Assembly (NCBI GenBank): GCA_040387895.1
Contig: JAZKCW010000017.1
Location: 4,204-68,203 of the forward strand
Reading direction: 5' to 3'
Length of the DNA: 64,000 nt
From: Gemmatimonadota bacterium
Lineage (GTDB): Bacteria; Gemmatimonadota; Gemmatimonadetes; Gemmatimonadales; Gemmatimonadaceae
A model generated the notes under the pieces. It searched no databases and was not told the DNA's origin. It saw only the letters and a program-made list of their open reading frames with translations. The stretch's first letter is position 1, and each line of letters begins with the position of its first letter. The translations under genes were made by a program, and so were the position numbers. Positions 9,302 to 18,748 of the stretch are shown here, one piece after another.

Positions 9302-12300
9302 GCCACGGCGATCATCCGCCAGGCGCACCGGGGCCGAGCGCTGACGCTCCCCCCCAACGCGCGCCGCGCCCACCATCGCCGGAGGAGTGGCGACGGCTGG
9401 AGCCAATCATCGACGCTGTACTCGATGCCCATCCCCGTGAGCGAAGAGCACTGATCGCGGAACTGAGCGACGGCGACGCCGATCAGCGTGTGGAGCTGGA
9501 GCGACTCGTTGCGGAATTCGAGCGCGCGTACCCGCTGCTCGACCGGACTGCAGCGGAGCGCTTCGCGGGGGTACTGGCCGATGACACGCCATTGCTGCCC
9601 GAGATCGTGGCAGGCCGCTATCGCGTCGTGCGCGAGGCCGGCCGCGGCGGCATGGCCATCGTCTACCTCGCGCATGACCTGAAGCACGGCCGGGACGTTG
9701 CGATCAAGGTCGTGCGCCCGGAGCTCGCCGCGGCGATCGGGCGCGAGCGCTTCGTGCGCGAGATCGAGATCGCTGCGCGCCTTCGCCACCCGCATATCGT
9801 GCCACTGTACGACTCGGGCGAGCTGGCGATGGAAGACGGAGAGACGGAGGACGGGGGCGCGCTCCACTACTACGTGATGCCGTACGAGACGGGGCACTCG
9901 CTGCGCGAGCGACTCGAGCAGGACGGACCGCTGCCAGTGACGGACGTCGTGGTCATTCTCCGCGACCTGTGCGGGGCGCTGACGTATGCACATGCGCTTG
10001 GCGTCGTGCACCGCGACATCAAGCCGGACAACGTACTGCTCTCCGGTCGCCTTGCGCTGATCACCGACTTCGGTGTCGCGCGCGCAGGCGCCCCCACCGC
10101 AACGGATGCGATTGCCGGCACCGGGAGCACGGTACGGGGCACACCGACGTACATGGCGCCTGAGCAGGCAGTGCCCGGTGCTCTCGTGGATCATCGCGCG
10201 GACATCTACGCCGTCGGGGTGCTGGCATTCGAGCTGCTCACCGGTCGCACGCCGTACACGGACCGCCCACTGCGCTCGTCGCACACGTCGGCCGTCGCCG
10301 ACGATCTCGCGGTGCGATTGACGAGCCTGCGCCCAGAGGTGCCGGCAGCGTTCGCAGCCGTGATTGCGAAGTGTCTCAGGGAGAGACCCGCGGACCGCTG
10401 GCAGAGCGCGGACGAACTGCTCGCCGGACTCGACACGATGGCGGCTGCGTCGCGCGCGGCTGCGCCGACCGAGCCTACGCGGCCATCGATGGGACAGGCA
10501 CTCGCGCTCTCAGGAGTCGGCGTGCTCGTCACCGTGCTGCTTGCAGTCGCGATCACACGCTCGACCGACGGAGAGAATGCGGATGGCAATCTCGCGCGTC
10601 CGGCGCTCGTCGTCGGACGCGCCGCACAACTCACTTCGGAGCCCGGGCTGGAATTGCAGCCGTCGATGTCGCCCGATGGCCGGCACGTCGCGTATGCGGC
10701 GGGCCGCTCGCTGCGTACGCACATCGTCGTCCGGCCGGTGGCCGGAGGCCGACCTGTGCGACTCACCGGCGATTCTGCGGAGAGCGAGTGGTATCCGCGC
10801 TGGTCGCCGGACGGAGCACGCGTCCTCTTCCTCACGGGCAAGGGCGTCGTCAGCGCGCCGGCAGACGGAGGGACTGCGCGCCTCGAAGTGGCGGCGCGGC
10901 GCGGCGGCAACGTGATGTCGGCGGCGTGGTCGCCGGATGGACGCGAGATCGCCTACGTGCGCGGAGACTCGCTGCTCGCACGCGCGGTACATGTTGTGAA
11001 TTCAGCATATCCCGTGGACACGACGAGCACCCGGCGCGACCGGTTCATCGCCACGGGGCCAGACCTGCACTCGTGCAGCTGGTCGCCGGACGGTCGGCGG
11101 CTTGCGTGCGTCTCGGGCAACTCGTTCTACGTGACGATAGGCGCCGTACTCGGCGGGCCGATGTTCGGAAATCTCGCGCCGAGTCGGATCGTGCTCGTTG
11201 CGGCGGCAGGCGGGCGCGTCGTGCCCGCGACCGACGGCGGCTCGCTGCATCAGAGTCCCGTCTGGTCGCCGGATGGGCGCACGCTCTATTACGTATCCAA
11301 CCGGCAAGGCCCGCGCGACATCTACGCGCTCGACGTATCGAGTGATGCAGTAGCCTCTGCCACATCCAGTGCAGCGCCGAGTGCAACGCCAGTACGCGTC
11401 ACGACGGGGATGGGCGTGCAATCCATCGACGCATCACGAGACGGGGCGCGCCTCGTCTACGCCGTGTACGGCAGCAGCGCGAACATCTGGGCGATGCCAA
11501 TCCCGACCGGCACGCTCGCCTCCGCGGATTCGGCGGTGCCGGTCACCACGGGAAACCAGACCGTCGAAGGCGTCCGCGTCAGCCCCGATGGCCGGTGGCT
11601 CGTCTACGACTCCGACCTCGCCGGAAATTCCGATGTGTATCGCGTGCCCATCACGGGTGGGGAGCCGGAGCGGCTGACGCGCGAGGAGATGGACGAGTTC
11701 CGAGGCGTTCTGTCTCCCGATGGAAGGGCGCTGGCATATCACACGTTCGAGGCGGGATCGCGAACGCTCTTTCTGCGCACACTCGAGGGAGGGCCCCCGC
11801 AGCGGCTCACGAGACCGCCGGGGCAGGGGTCCATGGCCAACTGGTCGCCCGATGGGAGCGCGCTCGCATTCTTCGACATGGCAACGAGCGAAGTCCTGGT
11901 GATGCACCGCGGCAGTGATCGAAGCTGGAGTGCACCGCGATTCGTCGGCGGGCGAGGCTGGCGACCGGAGTGGGCACCCGATGGACGCACGATCGCGTTC
12001 GTGTCGCCGGCGGATGGACGCATCGGCGTCGTGCCGGCGGATTCGGGCGCCTCGCGTGACATACATGTGCCGGGCGACGGTGGACCGATGGCGGAACTGG
12101 CGGTCTTCTCGGCCGACGGGCGCACGCTGTACTTCAAGAGCCACGACAGGCGCGGCCGCGCGTCGTTCTGGTCGTTACCTGCAACGGGTGGGCGTGCGCG
12201 ACTGCTGGCTCGCTTCGACGACCCCGCGCGCGCATCGAACCGATTCGACTTCGCGAGCGACGGAAAACGGTTCTACTTCACGATCGAGGACCGGCAGAGC

Positions 12301-12333
12301 GACGTGTGGATCGCGGAAGTGGCGAAGCGATAG
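9298..12333 (+). CDS. Ser/Thr protein kinase with transmembrane helix and C-terminal TolB-like PD40 beta-propeller repeats
   Basis: Hanks kinase motifs GRGGMAIVY, AIKV, HRDIKPDNVLL, DFGVA and TPTYMAPE. TM segment ALALSGVGVLVTVLLAVAI. Repeated SPDG/WSPDGxxxxF PD40 motifs. GTGA overlap with the sigma factor stop. Confidence 0.9.
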   Translation: MSHGDHPPGAPGPSADAPPQRAPRPPSPEEWRRLEPIIDAVLDAHPRERRALIAELSDGDADQRVELERLVAEFERAYPLLDRTAAERFAGVLADDTPLLPEIVAGRYRVVREAGRGGMAIVYLAHDLKHGRDVAIKVVRPELAAAIGRERFVREIEIAARLRHPHIVPLYDSGELAMEDGETEDGGALHYYVMPYETGHSLRERLEQDGPLPVTDVVVILRDLCGALTYAHALGVVHRDIKPDNVLLSGRLALITDFGVARAGAPTATDAIAGTGSTVRGTPTYMAPEQAVPGALVDHRADIYAVGVLAFELLTGRTPYTDRPLRSSHTSAVADDLAVRLTSLRPEVPAAFAAVIAKCLRERPADRWQSADELLAGLDTMAAASRAAAPTEPTRPSMGQALALSGVGVLVTVLLAVAITRSTDGENADGNLARPALVVGRAAQLTSEPGLELQPSMSPDGRHVAYAAGRSLRTHIVVRPVAGGRPVRLTGDSAESEWYPRWSPDGARVLFLTGKGVVSAPADGGTARLEVAARRGGNVMSAAWSPDGREIAYVRGDSLLARAVHVVNSAYPVDTTSTRRDRFIATGPDLHSCSWSPDGRRLACVSGNSFYVTIGAVLGGPMFGNLAPSRIVLVAAAGGRVVPATDGGSLHQSPVWSPDGRTLYYVSNRQGPRDIYALDVSSDAVASATSSAAPSATPVRVTTGMGVQSIDASRDGARLVYAVYGSSANIWAMPIPTGTLASADSAVPVTTGNQTVEGVRVSPDGRWLVYDSDLAGNSDVYRVPITGGEPERLTREEMDEFRGVLSPDGRALAYHTFEAGSRTLFLRTLEGGPPQRLTRPPGQGSMANWSPDGSALAFFDMATSEVLVMHRGSDRSWSAPRFVGGRGWRPEWAPDGRTIAFVSPADGRIGVVPADSGASRDIHVPGDGGPMAELAVFSADGRTLYFKSHDRRGRASFWSLPATGGRARLLARFDDPARASNRFDFASDGKRFYFTIEDRQSDVWIAEVAKR

Positions 12334-12344
12334 GGTGCAACGAC

Positions 12345-12371
12345 GAATGGCGCCCATGCAGGGCGCCATTC
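12345..12371. terminator. Bidirectional intrinsic-terminator-like hairpin between convergent genes
   Basis: Perfect 11-bp stem gaatggcgccc / gggcgccattc with a 5-nt loop atgca. It sits between the kinase stop (12333) and the LVIVD stop (12411). No clear U-tract. Confidence 0.55.
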
Positions 12372-12410
12372 GATCATGCGGTGTTCGCGTCACAGTGACT
12401 CGCTGCGTCG

Positions 12411-14294
12411 CTACTTCGACGCCGCCGCGAGCCTCCTGATCTCACCAGCCATGGTGCGCACGCGCGCGGCATCCTTCGCACCCTTCACGTCACCGTCGAC
12501 CTGCACGGCGATCGCGTTGAGGGCGGTTCTGCGCGCGGCGCCGGACTTCGCTTCCGCCGCCTCGAGCGCTGCGGAGATCGCCGTCGTGCGCTCCGCCGCG
12601 AGCCCGTTGCCCCGCACCAGCTGGTCGAGATACGAGCGCACCACGACGAACGCCGCCGGCCAGGAGATCTTCGGCTGGCTCTGCGGATTGTACTGCGTGA
12701 AGGTCACCAGCTTCGCCGCGGCGATCTCGTTCGCCGACAGCTGCGCGCTCGGCGTCAGCTCATAGATGTCCATCCCGCGGTCGAGCTCGGACGAGTAGAT
12801 GTGGCCGTTCCAGTAGTACGCGCCCCAGGACCCACCGATCGTGTTGCTGCGCGGGCGCGCACCCGCCGCTCCGGCACCCGCTGCGGCCGAGGGTACGTCC
12901 ACCGGCTGCGGCGGATCGATGGAACCGCGATCGAAGTACGCGATCTCGAAGGCCTTGTTCTCGTCGGTGAAGTCCATGACGTTCACGCCGCCCTGGTACC
13001 AGCCCTGCACGTAGAGGTCGCGGCCAGGCACCGGGATGATGCCGCCGTTGTGCGACACGCAGTTCTCCTCGGCCGACTGCGCCGACGGGAGCTTGAAGTA
13101 CGCCTTCTGCGACTGCTTCTTCTTCGCATCGAGGGAGATGATCGTGTTGCCGCCAAGCTCGATCATGCTCGATGCCTGGCACATCGGGCCCGTGCCACCG
13201 CCCCATTCGTCGGTCTGGATCAGCTTCTTTCCGTCGTTGCTGAAGGCCGCTGTGTGTCGCCCCTGAAAGTTGTTGGTGTCGGTGAGCGCATCGAGCCGCC
13301 TCGGCTTCTCGGGGTTCGAGATGTCGACGACGATGGAGTGCGTCGAGCACGAGGCCGCGAGCAGGCCGAGCGCGGGATACGCCGTCACGTCATGGCAGTT
13401 GCGAGGCCCCGTGGAGACTGGCTCGGCGGCGGCCGCTGGTGCCGCTGCGGCAGCGCCAGGAGCGGCGGGAGCGGCGGCGCCCCCACGCCCGCGGCCGGCA
13501 CGGCGCGGGTCGACGGGTGCGCAGAACTGCTTGCACTCGCCACCACCGTCGAGGCCCGTGAAGATGCGCGCGCCGGGAATGACCACGGCCCGCTCCGGAT
13601 TCTTGAGCGGCACCTTGATGATGTCGAGCTGATACATCGAGTTGGTGCGGTCGGCCGGGTCCGTGCCGTTCTTGCACCCGGCGAGTTCCGTCTCCGGGCG
13701 GGCCGCCTGCTGTCCCGACACGTAGAGGTAGATGATGTTCGGGTCCTTCGGGTGCGGCACGAGCGTGTGCGTGTGCGAGCCTTTGCACGTCTGCACGTTC
13801 TTCACGAGCTTCGGCGCCTTCGGATTGGATACGTCGAAGATGCGCACGCCCGCCATGTGATCCTTCGGGTCCTGCACGCCACCATCGCCGCAATCGTTGC
13901 GGTTGCCCGCGCCCTCGGCGGACAGAAAGAGCAGGTTGCCCACGATCGTCGGGTCGCCTTGCGACGTGATGCACCGAACGGCCGACTCGAGGACCGGCTT
14001 CGCTGGATCAGTGATGTTCCAGATCGTGAAGCCGGCGAAGTTCGCCTGGTAGACGTAGTTGGTTCCGAACGCGAGGTCGGAGTTGACGAACGTCAGGCCA
14101 CGCGCGGTGTCGAACTGCGCGGGTTTCGGCGTGAACGACACGAGGCGCATGTTGCTCGCCGCGACGCCGGCATCGAAACGGCCTGGCGCGAGCTTGCTCC
14201 GCGGATCGGCGCTGGTCGGGTACGTCTGTGCCGACACCAGCGTCGGTGCGGCAACTGCTGCCAGTACGAGGATCACGCTACGGACGATGCGCAT
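12411..14294 (-). CDS. LVIVD-repeat beta-propeller protein (secreted)
   Basis: Signal peptide MRIVRSVILVLAAVAAPTLVSAQ. Recurrent LVIVD-type strands GFTIWNITDP, GVRIFDVSNP, HSIVVDISNP, GVNVMDFTD and GMDIYELTP. Internal Arg/Gly/Ala/Pro low-complexity insert. Helical C-terminal tail. Confidence 0.8.
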   Translation of the reverse strand: MRIVRSVILVLAAVAAPTLVSAQTYPTSADPRSKLAPGRFDAGVAASNMRLVSFTPKPAQFDTARGLTFVNSDLAFGTNYVYQANFAGFTIWNITDPAKPVLESAVRCITSQGDPTIVGNLLFLSAEGAGNRNDCGDGGVQDPKDHMAGVRIFDVSNPKAPKLVKNVQTCKGSHTHTLVPHPKDPNIIYLYVSGQQAARPETELAGCKNGTDPADRTNSMYQLDIIKVPLKNPERAVVIPGARIFTGLDGGGECKQFCAPVDPRRAGRGRGGAAAPAAPGAAAAAPAAAAEPVSTGPRNCHDVTAYPALGLLAASCSTHSIVVDISNPEKPRRLDALTDTNNFQGRHTAAFSNDGKKLIQTDEWGGGTGPMCQASSMIELGGNTIISLDAKKKQSQKAYFKLPSAQSAEENCVSHNGGIIPVPGRDLYVQGWYQGGVNVMDFTDENKAFEIAYFDRGSIDPPQPVDVPSAAAGAGAAGARPRSNTIGGSWGAYYWNGHIYSSELDRGMDIYELTPSAQLSANEIAAAKLVTFTQYNPQSQPKISWPAAFVVVRSYLDQLVRGNGLAAERTTAISAALEAAEAKSGAARRTALNAIAVQVDGDVKGAKDAARVRTMAGEIRRLAAASK

Positions 14295-14323
14295 CGGTCA
14301 CACTCCGGAAGGATGAAGAAACG

Positions 14324-14360
14324 GGCGGTACGCCGAGTGGCGGTACGCCGAGTGGCGAGT
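14324..14360. repeat. 15-bp tandem repeat x2.5 (ggcggtacgccgagt) in the DUF305-LVIVD intercistronic spacer
   Basis: Two perfect copies at 14324-14338 and 14339-14353, plus a partial ggcgagt. Located between the DUF305 stop (14360-62) and the LVIVD start (14294). Confidence 0.9.
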
Positions 14361-14965
14361 TACTTCGGGGGGAGCGCGCGCAGCAGGCGCCTCATGATGC
14401 CGATCTCACCGGTCTGCGTCGTCATGACATCATTGGCGAAGACGTTGGTGTCCACTTCCTGGCCGGCACCCGGCGACTTGAAGAGATCGTCGACCATCTT
14501 GAGTGCGCCCTCGTGGTGCTTGATCATGCCGACGAGGAAGAGTCGATCGAACGCGACGCCCTTCGCGACGCTCAGTGCCTTGATCTCCTCGTCCGAGAGC
14601 ATGCCGTCCATCCGCATGTCGTGCCAGGAGGCGGTGTCGGGCGCGAACTGATCGTGCCGGCGGAGCCACTGCTGCATGATGATGATCTCGGGCACCTGCG
14701 ACTGATCGATCTTCCGCGACAGCTTGAGCACCTGCGGATTGGCACCGTTGCTCTCCGCCATCCGTGACATCACGATCGCCTGTGCGTGATGGGCGATCAT
14801 CCCCTGCATGAACTCGACGTCGGCCTTCGTGTAGTTCGCGCCCTTCGGGATGACGATTTCAGGGCCCATGCGGTGCATGTCGTGACCCTGGGCGGACGCA
14901 CTCGACGACGTGCCGGCCAGCAGGGAGAGGATCGCGACTGCGACGATCGGGCGTAGGGCCACCAT
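14360..14965 (-). CDS. DUF305 (CopM-like four-helix) family secreted protein
   Basis: Signal peptide ending SSSASAQ. Two copies of the DUF305 signature: FMQGMIAHHAQAIVM and FLVGMIKHHEGALKM. Confidence 0.85.
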   Translation of the reverse strand: MVALRPIVAVAILSLLAGTSSSASAQGHDMHRMGPEIVIPKGANYTKADVEFMQGMIAHHAQAIVMSRMAESNGANPQVLKLSRKIDQSQVPEIIIMQQWLRRHDQFAPDTASWHDMRMDGMLSDEEIKALSVAKGVAFDRLFLVGMIKHHEGALKMVDDLFKSPGAGQEVDTNVFANDVMTTQTGEIGIMRRLLRALPPK

Positions 14966-15205
14966 GGCGTGCGTGCTCCGTCAGTGTGCCGGCATCCTGA
15001 GCGAGCCGGGCGGGTGAGGTGGGCGTATCGGGAGCGGGACGTGGGGCCTGAGCAAGCGACAGGACGTTACGGTCCGGGGACGTGCCGCACTAGGCGCGGG
15101 CGGCCTTGCCCATGGATTCGCGAGGGCGGAGCTTAGTGGCAGTCCTGCTCGCCTGATCCCCACCGTACTCCGCCTGCCTTTTTCGTCCACCCACGAGGAG
15201 TCTTC

Positions 15206-16072
15206 ATGAGGGCCGAGCGTGCACGCGGTCGAGCGATGATCGTCCGCAGTTCAGCTACGCTCGGAATGCTCGGCGTGTTGAGCGTGCTCGGCGCATGTGC
15301 CGACACCGAAGGCGCGAACCCTTCGCCCTCCCCCTCGGCCGACCTGCTCGTCGCCGTGCGCCATGGCGCGATCACCGCGCCGGATTCCGTGTCACCGGGG
15401 TGGACCCGCGTGCGGGTCGAGGAAGCGGAAGATGCGCATATCGTCGTGCTCTTTCGCCTGCCGGCCAACAGTACCGAGCAGGACGTGGCGGCCTTCGTCG
15501 CAGCCCTCGATACGGCGCCCGCGACTCCGCAGCCCGGCGTGGCGGTCGGTGGCCCGGAAGTCGGTGTGCTCGGCGAGGTGATCCTTCGGGTCACTCCGGG
15601 CCTGCATGTACTCGCGTGCGTCCGGCGTGGCGAGGACGGACATCGCCACGCGAGCCGTGGAGAGTTCAGGGTGCTGCACGCGCGGCCCGAAACCGCGGCA
15701 CACGAGGCGACAGCGGCGCCGCCATCCGGCGCGCAGGTCGTGCGGATGGTCGACTTCGCGTACGTGGGCACCGATGGCTGGACACCGGGTGCACAGCTGC
15801 TGCAAGTCGAGAATACAGGAAAGCAGGACCATGAGGTGCGATTGGTACGCCTGCGTGATGGAGCAACGCTGCAGTCATGGATGACAGCCGACGATCCCGA
15901 TACTGTCGCCACGTCGGTGGCGGGCATGGCGCGCATCGGCCCGGGCGAAGTCGCGTATCTCCCGGTCGACCTCGTGCCGGGGTCGTATCTGGTGTACTGT
16001 CTGGTCGCCGACGTGAGGTCGCGCCGTCCACATCTCGAGCTCGGGATGGTGCGTGAGATTCGGGTGCAGTAG
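15206..16072 (+). CDS. Lipoprotein with two cupredoxin-like domains (putative copper-binding)
   Basis: Lipobox LSVLGAC. The C-terminal half has VENTGKQDHEVRLV and PGSYLVYCLVADVRSRRPHLELGMVREIRV, a His...Cys...His...Met layout like Cupredoxin_1. The N-terminal half is a degenerate copy (EDAHIVVLF; PGLHVLACVRRGEDGH). GAGGAG lies 5 nt upstream of the ATG. Confidence 0.55.
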   Translation: MRAERARGRAMIVRSSATLGMLGVLSVLGACADTEGANPSPSPSADLLVAVRHGAITAPDSVSPGWTRVRVEEAEDAHIVVLFRLPANSTEQDVAAFVAALDTAPATPQPGVAVGGPEVGVLGEVILRVTPGLHVLACVRRGEDGHRHASRGEFRVLHARPETAAHEATAAPPSGAQVVRMVDFAYVGTDGWTPGAQLLQVENTGKQDHEVRLVRLRDGATLQSWMTADDPDTVATSVAGMARIGPGEVAYLPVDLVPGSYLVYCLVADVRSRRPHLELGMVREIRVQ

Positions 16073-16119
16073 CACGTGCATGGTCGATTCGCGGAAGGCA
16101 CTCGAAACAAGGAGACTCG

Positions 16120-18741
16120 ATGACGCTGCATGATCTCGCCTCGCCCGCCGGTCTGCGCGCGCAGCTGTACGGGACGCTGGCAGCCGCACTGGTGACGGCG
16201 CCCGGGATGGCGGGCGCGCAGGGCACGCTCACCGACTATCGTCGCGCCGCCACGATCAACGGGCGGTTCGCCGGCCTCACGACGGGCATCACCGGGAACG
16301 TGACGTGGATCGGACGGACGAACCAGGCCGTGTATCGCGTCTCGGTGCCGGGCGGCCACCGCTGGGTGAAGGTCGATGCCGACGGGTGGACCAAGGCGCC
16401 TGCCTTCAACCACGCGGCCGTCGCGGCGGCACTCTCGAAGACGAGTGGGGAGCGCTACACGGAGATCACGCTGCCCTTCCAGTCGATCGCATTCGCCGAG
16501 AACGGAGCCGTGGTCGAGAGCGATGTGGGCAGCGTGCGCTACCGCTGCCCGACCAACGGCCTGAACTGCTCGCTCCTTGGTAGCGCGACCGGGGGTGAGA
16601 GCCCGGGCGGCAGTGCGGCTGGAAGTGGCAGTGGCGGACGCGGCGGCACGCCGCGCTGCGGCGGCGCGAGTCCATCGCCGGCGCCGGGACAGCCAACCGA
16701 GAATGTCGGCGTCCATTCACCGGACTGCCGCATGGTCGCCTTCGTGCAGAACTACAACATCGCGATCCGGCCCGCTCCCGCTCCCAACACCGGTGCACGA
16801 GGCGGCCGCGGCGGTGGCGGTGCAGGTGCCAACAGCGCACCTGGCCACACGATGCTGAGCACGGACGGCTCCGAAGGCGACGCGTACCTGCAGAACTCGA
16901 TCGTGTGGTCACCCGACTCGAAGAAACTCGTCGCGTACCGGCAGACACCGGGCTACAGCCGGCAGGTCACCTTCGTGCGATCGTCTCCCACGGACCAGGT
17001 GCAACCCAGGACCGAGACCACGCGCTCACTCGGCGGCTTCGCGTCCACGTATGCGAAGCCGGGCGACGTGCTGGCAACGAACCAGCCGGTGATCTTCGAC
17101 GTGGAAACGAAGCGCCAGATCACCATCGACCGTTCGCTCTTTCCGAATCCCTATGCGATCTCGCGGCCGGTGTGGCGAAAGGACAATGGCGCGTACGCGT
17201 TCCACTACAACCAGCGCGGTCACATGGTGTATCGCGTGCTCGAAGTCGATGCGGGCACCGGCGCGGTGCGACCGATGGTCGACGAGAGCACGAAGAGTTT
17301 CTTCATGTACAGCGATGCGGGACACAACTTCATCCACGACCTCGGCTCCAACTGTCGGCTCGCGCAGGGCGGTGGCACGTGCAGCACGTATACCGGCAAC
17401 GACCTCCTCTGGGTGTCGGAGCGCGATGGGTGGAACCACATCTACCTGATGGACGGCCGGACCGGTCGCGTGAAGAATCAGGTGACGAAGGGTGCGTGGG
17501 TGATGCGTGGCGTGGACAGCGTGGACACCGCCAATCGCCACATCTACTTCCGCGCGGGTGGCATGAACCAGGGGCAGGACCCGTACTTCGTGCACTACTA
17601 TCGCATCAACTTCGATGGGACGGGGCTGGTCGCGTACACCGAAGCGAACGGCACGCATGCGATCAGCTGGTCGAACGATCGCTCGTACTACATCGACACG
17701 TACTCGCGCGTCGACATGCCGCCGGTGGTGGAACTGAGGCGCGCGAGCGATCGCAACACACTCGTGCTCGAGCAGGGAGACATGTCGGCCGCAGTGAAGG
17801 CGGGCTTCCGTCCACCCGAGGTGTTCGTGGCGAAGGGGCGTGATGGAACGTCCGACATCTGGGGCTTCATCGTGCGGCCGGTGACGTTCGACGCGGGGAA
17901 GAAGTATCCCGTCATCGAGCAGATCTACGCGGGCCCGCATGGCAATCACGTGCCGAAGACGTGGGGCAGCGGCCAGAATCTCGCGGCGACCGCGGAACTC
18001 GGTTTCGTGATCGCGCAGGTCGACGGCATGGGCACGAGCAACCGCTCGAAGGCTTTCCACGACGTGGCGTGGAAGAACCTCAAGGATGCCGGCTTTCCCG
18101 ATCGCATCCTCTGGCACAAGGCGATCAACCGGAAGTACGCGTGGTACGACACCGAGCGCGTCGGCATCTACGGCACGTCGGCCGGCGGCCAGAACGCGGC
18201 CGGCGCACTGTTCTTCTTCCCGGAGTTCTACGATGTCGCGGTTGCCAACTCGGGCTGCCACGACAATCGCATGGACAAGATCTGGTGGAACGAGGCGTGG
18301 ATGGGCGAGATGGGTGCGCACTACGAGACCAACTCGAATGTCGGCGCGGCGAAGAACCTCAAGGGGCACCTGTACCTGACGGTGGGTGAGCTGGACACCA
18401 ACGTCGATCCGTCGTCCACGCTGCAGGTCGCCGATGCGCTGATTCGCGCGGGCAAGGATTTCGACCTGCTGGTCGTGCCGAACGGCGGCCACGGTGCCAC
18501 CGGCGCCGAAGGCACGCGCAAGCGCAACGACTTCTTCGTACGCTGGCTGCTCGGTGTGAACCCGCCTGACTGGAACTCCGGCATCACGCTCGCCGGTGCG
18601 GCTTCACCGGGCGCGGCTCCGAGGTCGGGCGGAACGCCGGGTTCGGGTGCGGCGTTCGAGTTTCCATCGAACGAGTCGCCTGTCGATAGCTTCTTCGACG
18701 CGGATCCGAGCTTCTCGTCGCCCACTTCATGGTGGTTCTGA
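16120..18741 (+). CDS. S9 family serine peptidase, dipeptidyl-peptidase IV-like (beta-propeller plus alpha/beta hydrolase)
   Basis: C-terminal catalytic region has GIYGTSAGGQNA (GxSxGG), GELDTNVDP and PNGGHG. Long N-terminal propeller region. AAGGAG RBS. Gly/Arg-rich inserts at aa 157-190 and 218-241. Confidence 0.85.
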   Translation: MTLHDLASPAGLRAQLYGTLAAALVTAPGMAGAQGTLTDYRRAATINGRFAGLTTGITGNVTWIGRTNQAVYRVSVPGGHRWVKVDADGWTKAPAFNHAAVAAALSKTSGERYTEITLPFQSIAFAENGAVVESDVGSVRYRCPTNGLNCSLLGSATGGESPGGSAAGSGSGGRGGTPRCGGASPSPAPGQPTENVGVHSPDCRMVAFVQNYNIAIRPAPAPNTGARGGRGGGGAGANSAPGHTMLSTDGSEGDAYLQNSIVWSPDSKKLVAYRQTPGYSRQVTFVRSSPTDQVQPRTETTRSLGGFASTYAKPGDVLATNQPVIFDVETKRQITIDRSLFPNPYAISRPVWRKDNGAYAFHYNQRGHMVYRVLEVDAGTGAVRPMVDESTKSFFMYSDAGHNFIHDLGSNCRLAQGGGTCSTYTGNDLLWVSERDGWNHIYLMDGRTGRVKNQVTKGAWVMRGVDSVDTANRHIYFRAGGMNQGQDPYFVHYYRINFDGTGLVAYTEANGTHAISWSNDRSYYIDTYSRVDMPPVVELRRASDRNTLVLEQGDMSAAVKAGFRPPEVFVAKGRDGTSDIWGFIVRPVTFDAGKKYPVIEQIYAGPHGNHVPKTWGSGQNLAATAELGFVIAQVDGMGTSNRSKAFHDVAWKNLKDAGFPDRILWHKAINRKYAWYDTERVGIYGTSAGGQNAAGALFFFPEFYDVAVANSGCHDNRMDKIWWNEAWMGEMGAHYETNSNVGAAKNLKGHLYLTVGELDTNVDPSSTLQVADALIRAGKDFDLLVVPNGGHGATGAEGTRKRNDFFVRWLLGVNPPDWNSGITLAGAASPGAAPRSGGTPGSGAAFEFPSNESPVDSFFDADPSFSSPTSWWF

Positions 18742-18748
18742 GCCTATC

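Noticed and set aside
12801-14651. Other long shadow ORFs: 12801..14651+, 17026..18492-, 19736..20587-, 27524..28564+, 28504..30465+, 32467..33666-, 34719..37097-, 37800..39671+, 47301..48578-, 60672..62849-, 3449..4795-
   Set aside because: All lie opposite to, or out of frame with, genes that have strong family motifs. All have Arg/His/Gly/Asp-dominated composition and no recognisable domains.
15133-16716. 527-aa minus-strand ORF spanning the cupredoxin-like and S9 peptidase genes
   Set aside because: Its composition is Arg/Ala/Ser/Thr/Pro-rich and low-complexity. It is antisense to two genes with clear motifs and RBSs. This is a typical high-GC shadow ORF.
18596-18748. ATG 18596 as start of the TPR kinase
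   Set aside because: It would overlap the S9 peptidase gene by 146 nt and add a 51-aa Arg-rich N-terminus. TTG 18749, just after the S9 stop, is more plausible, though unverified.
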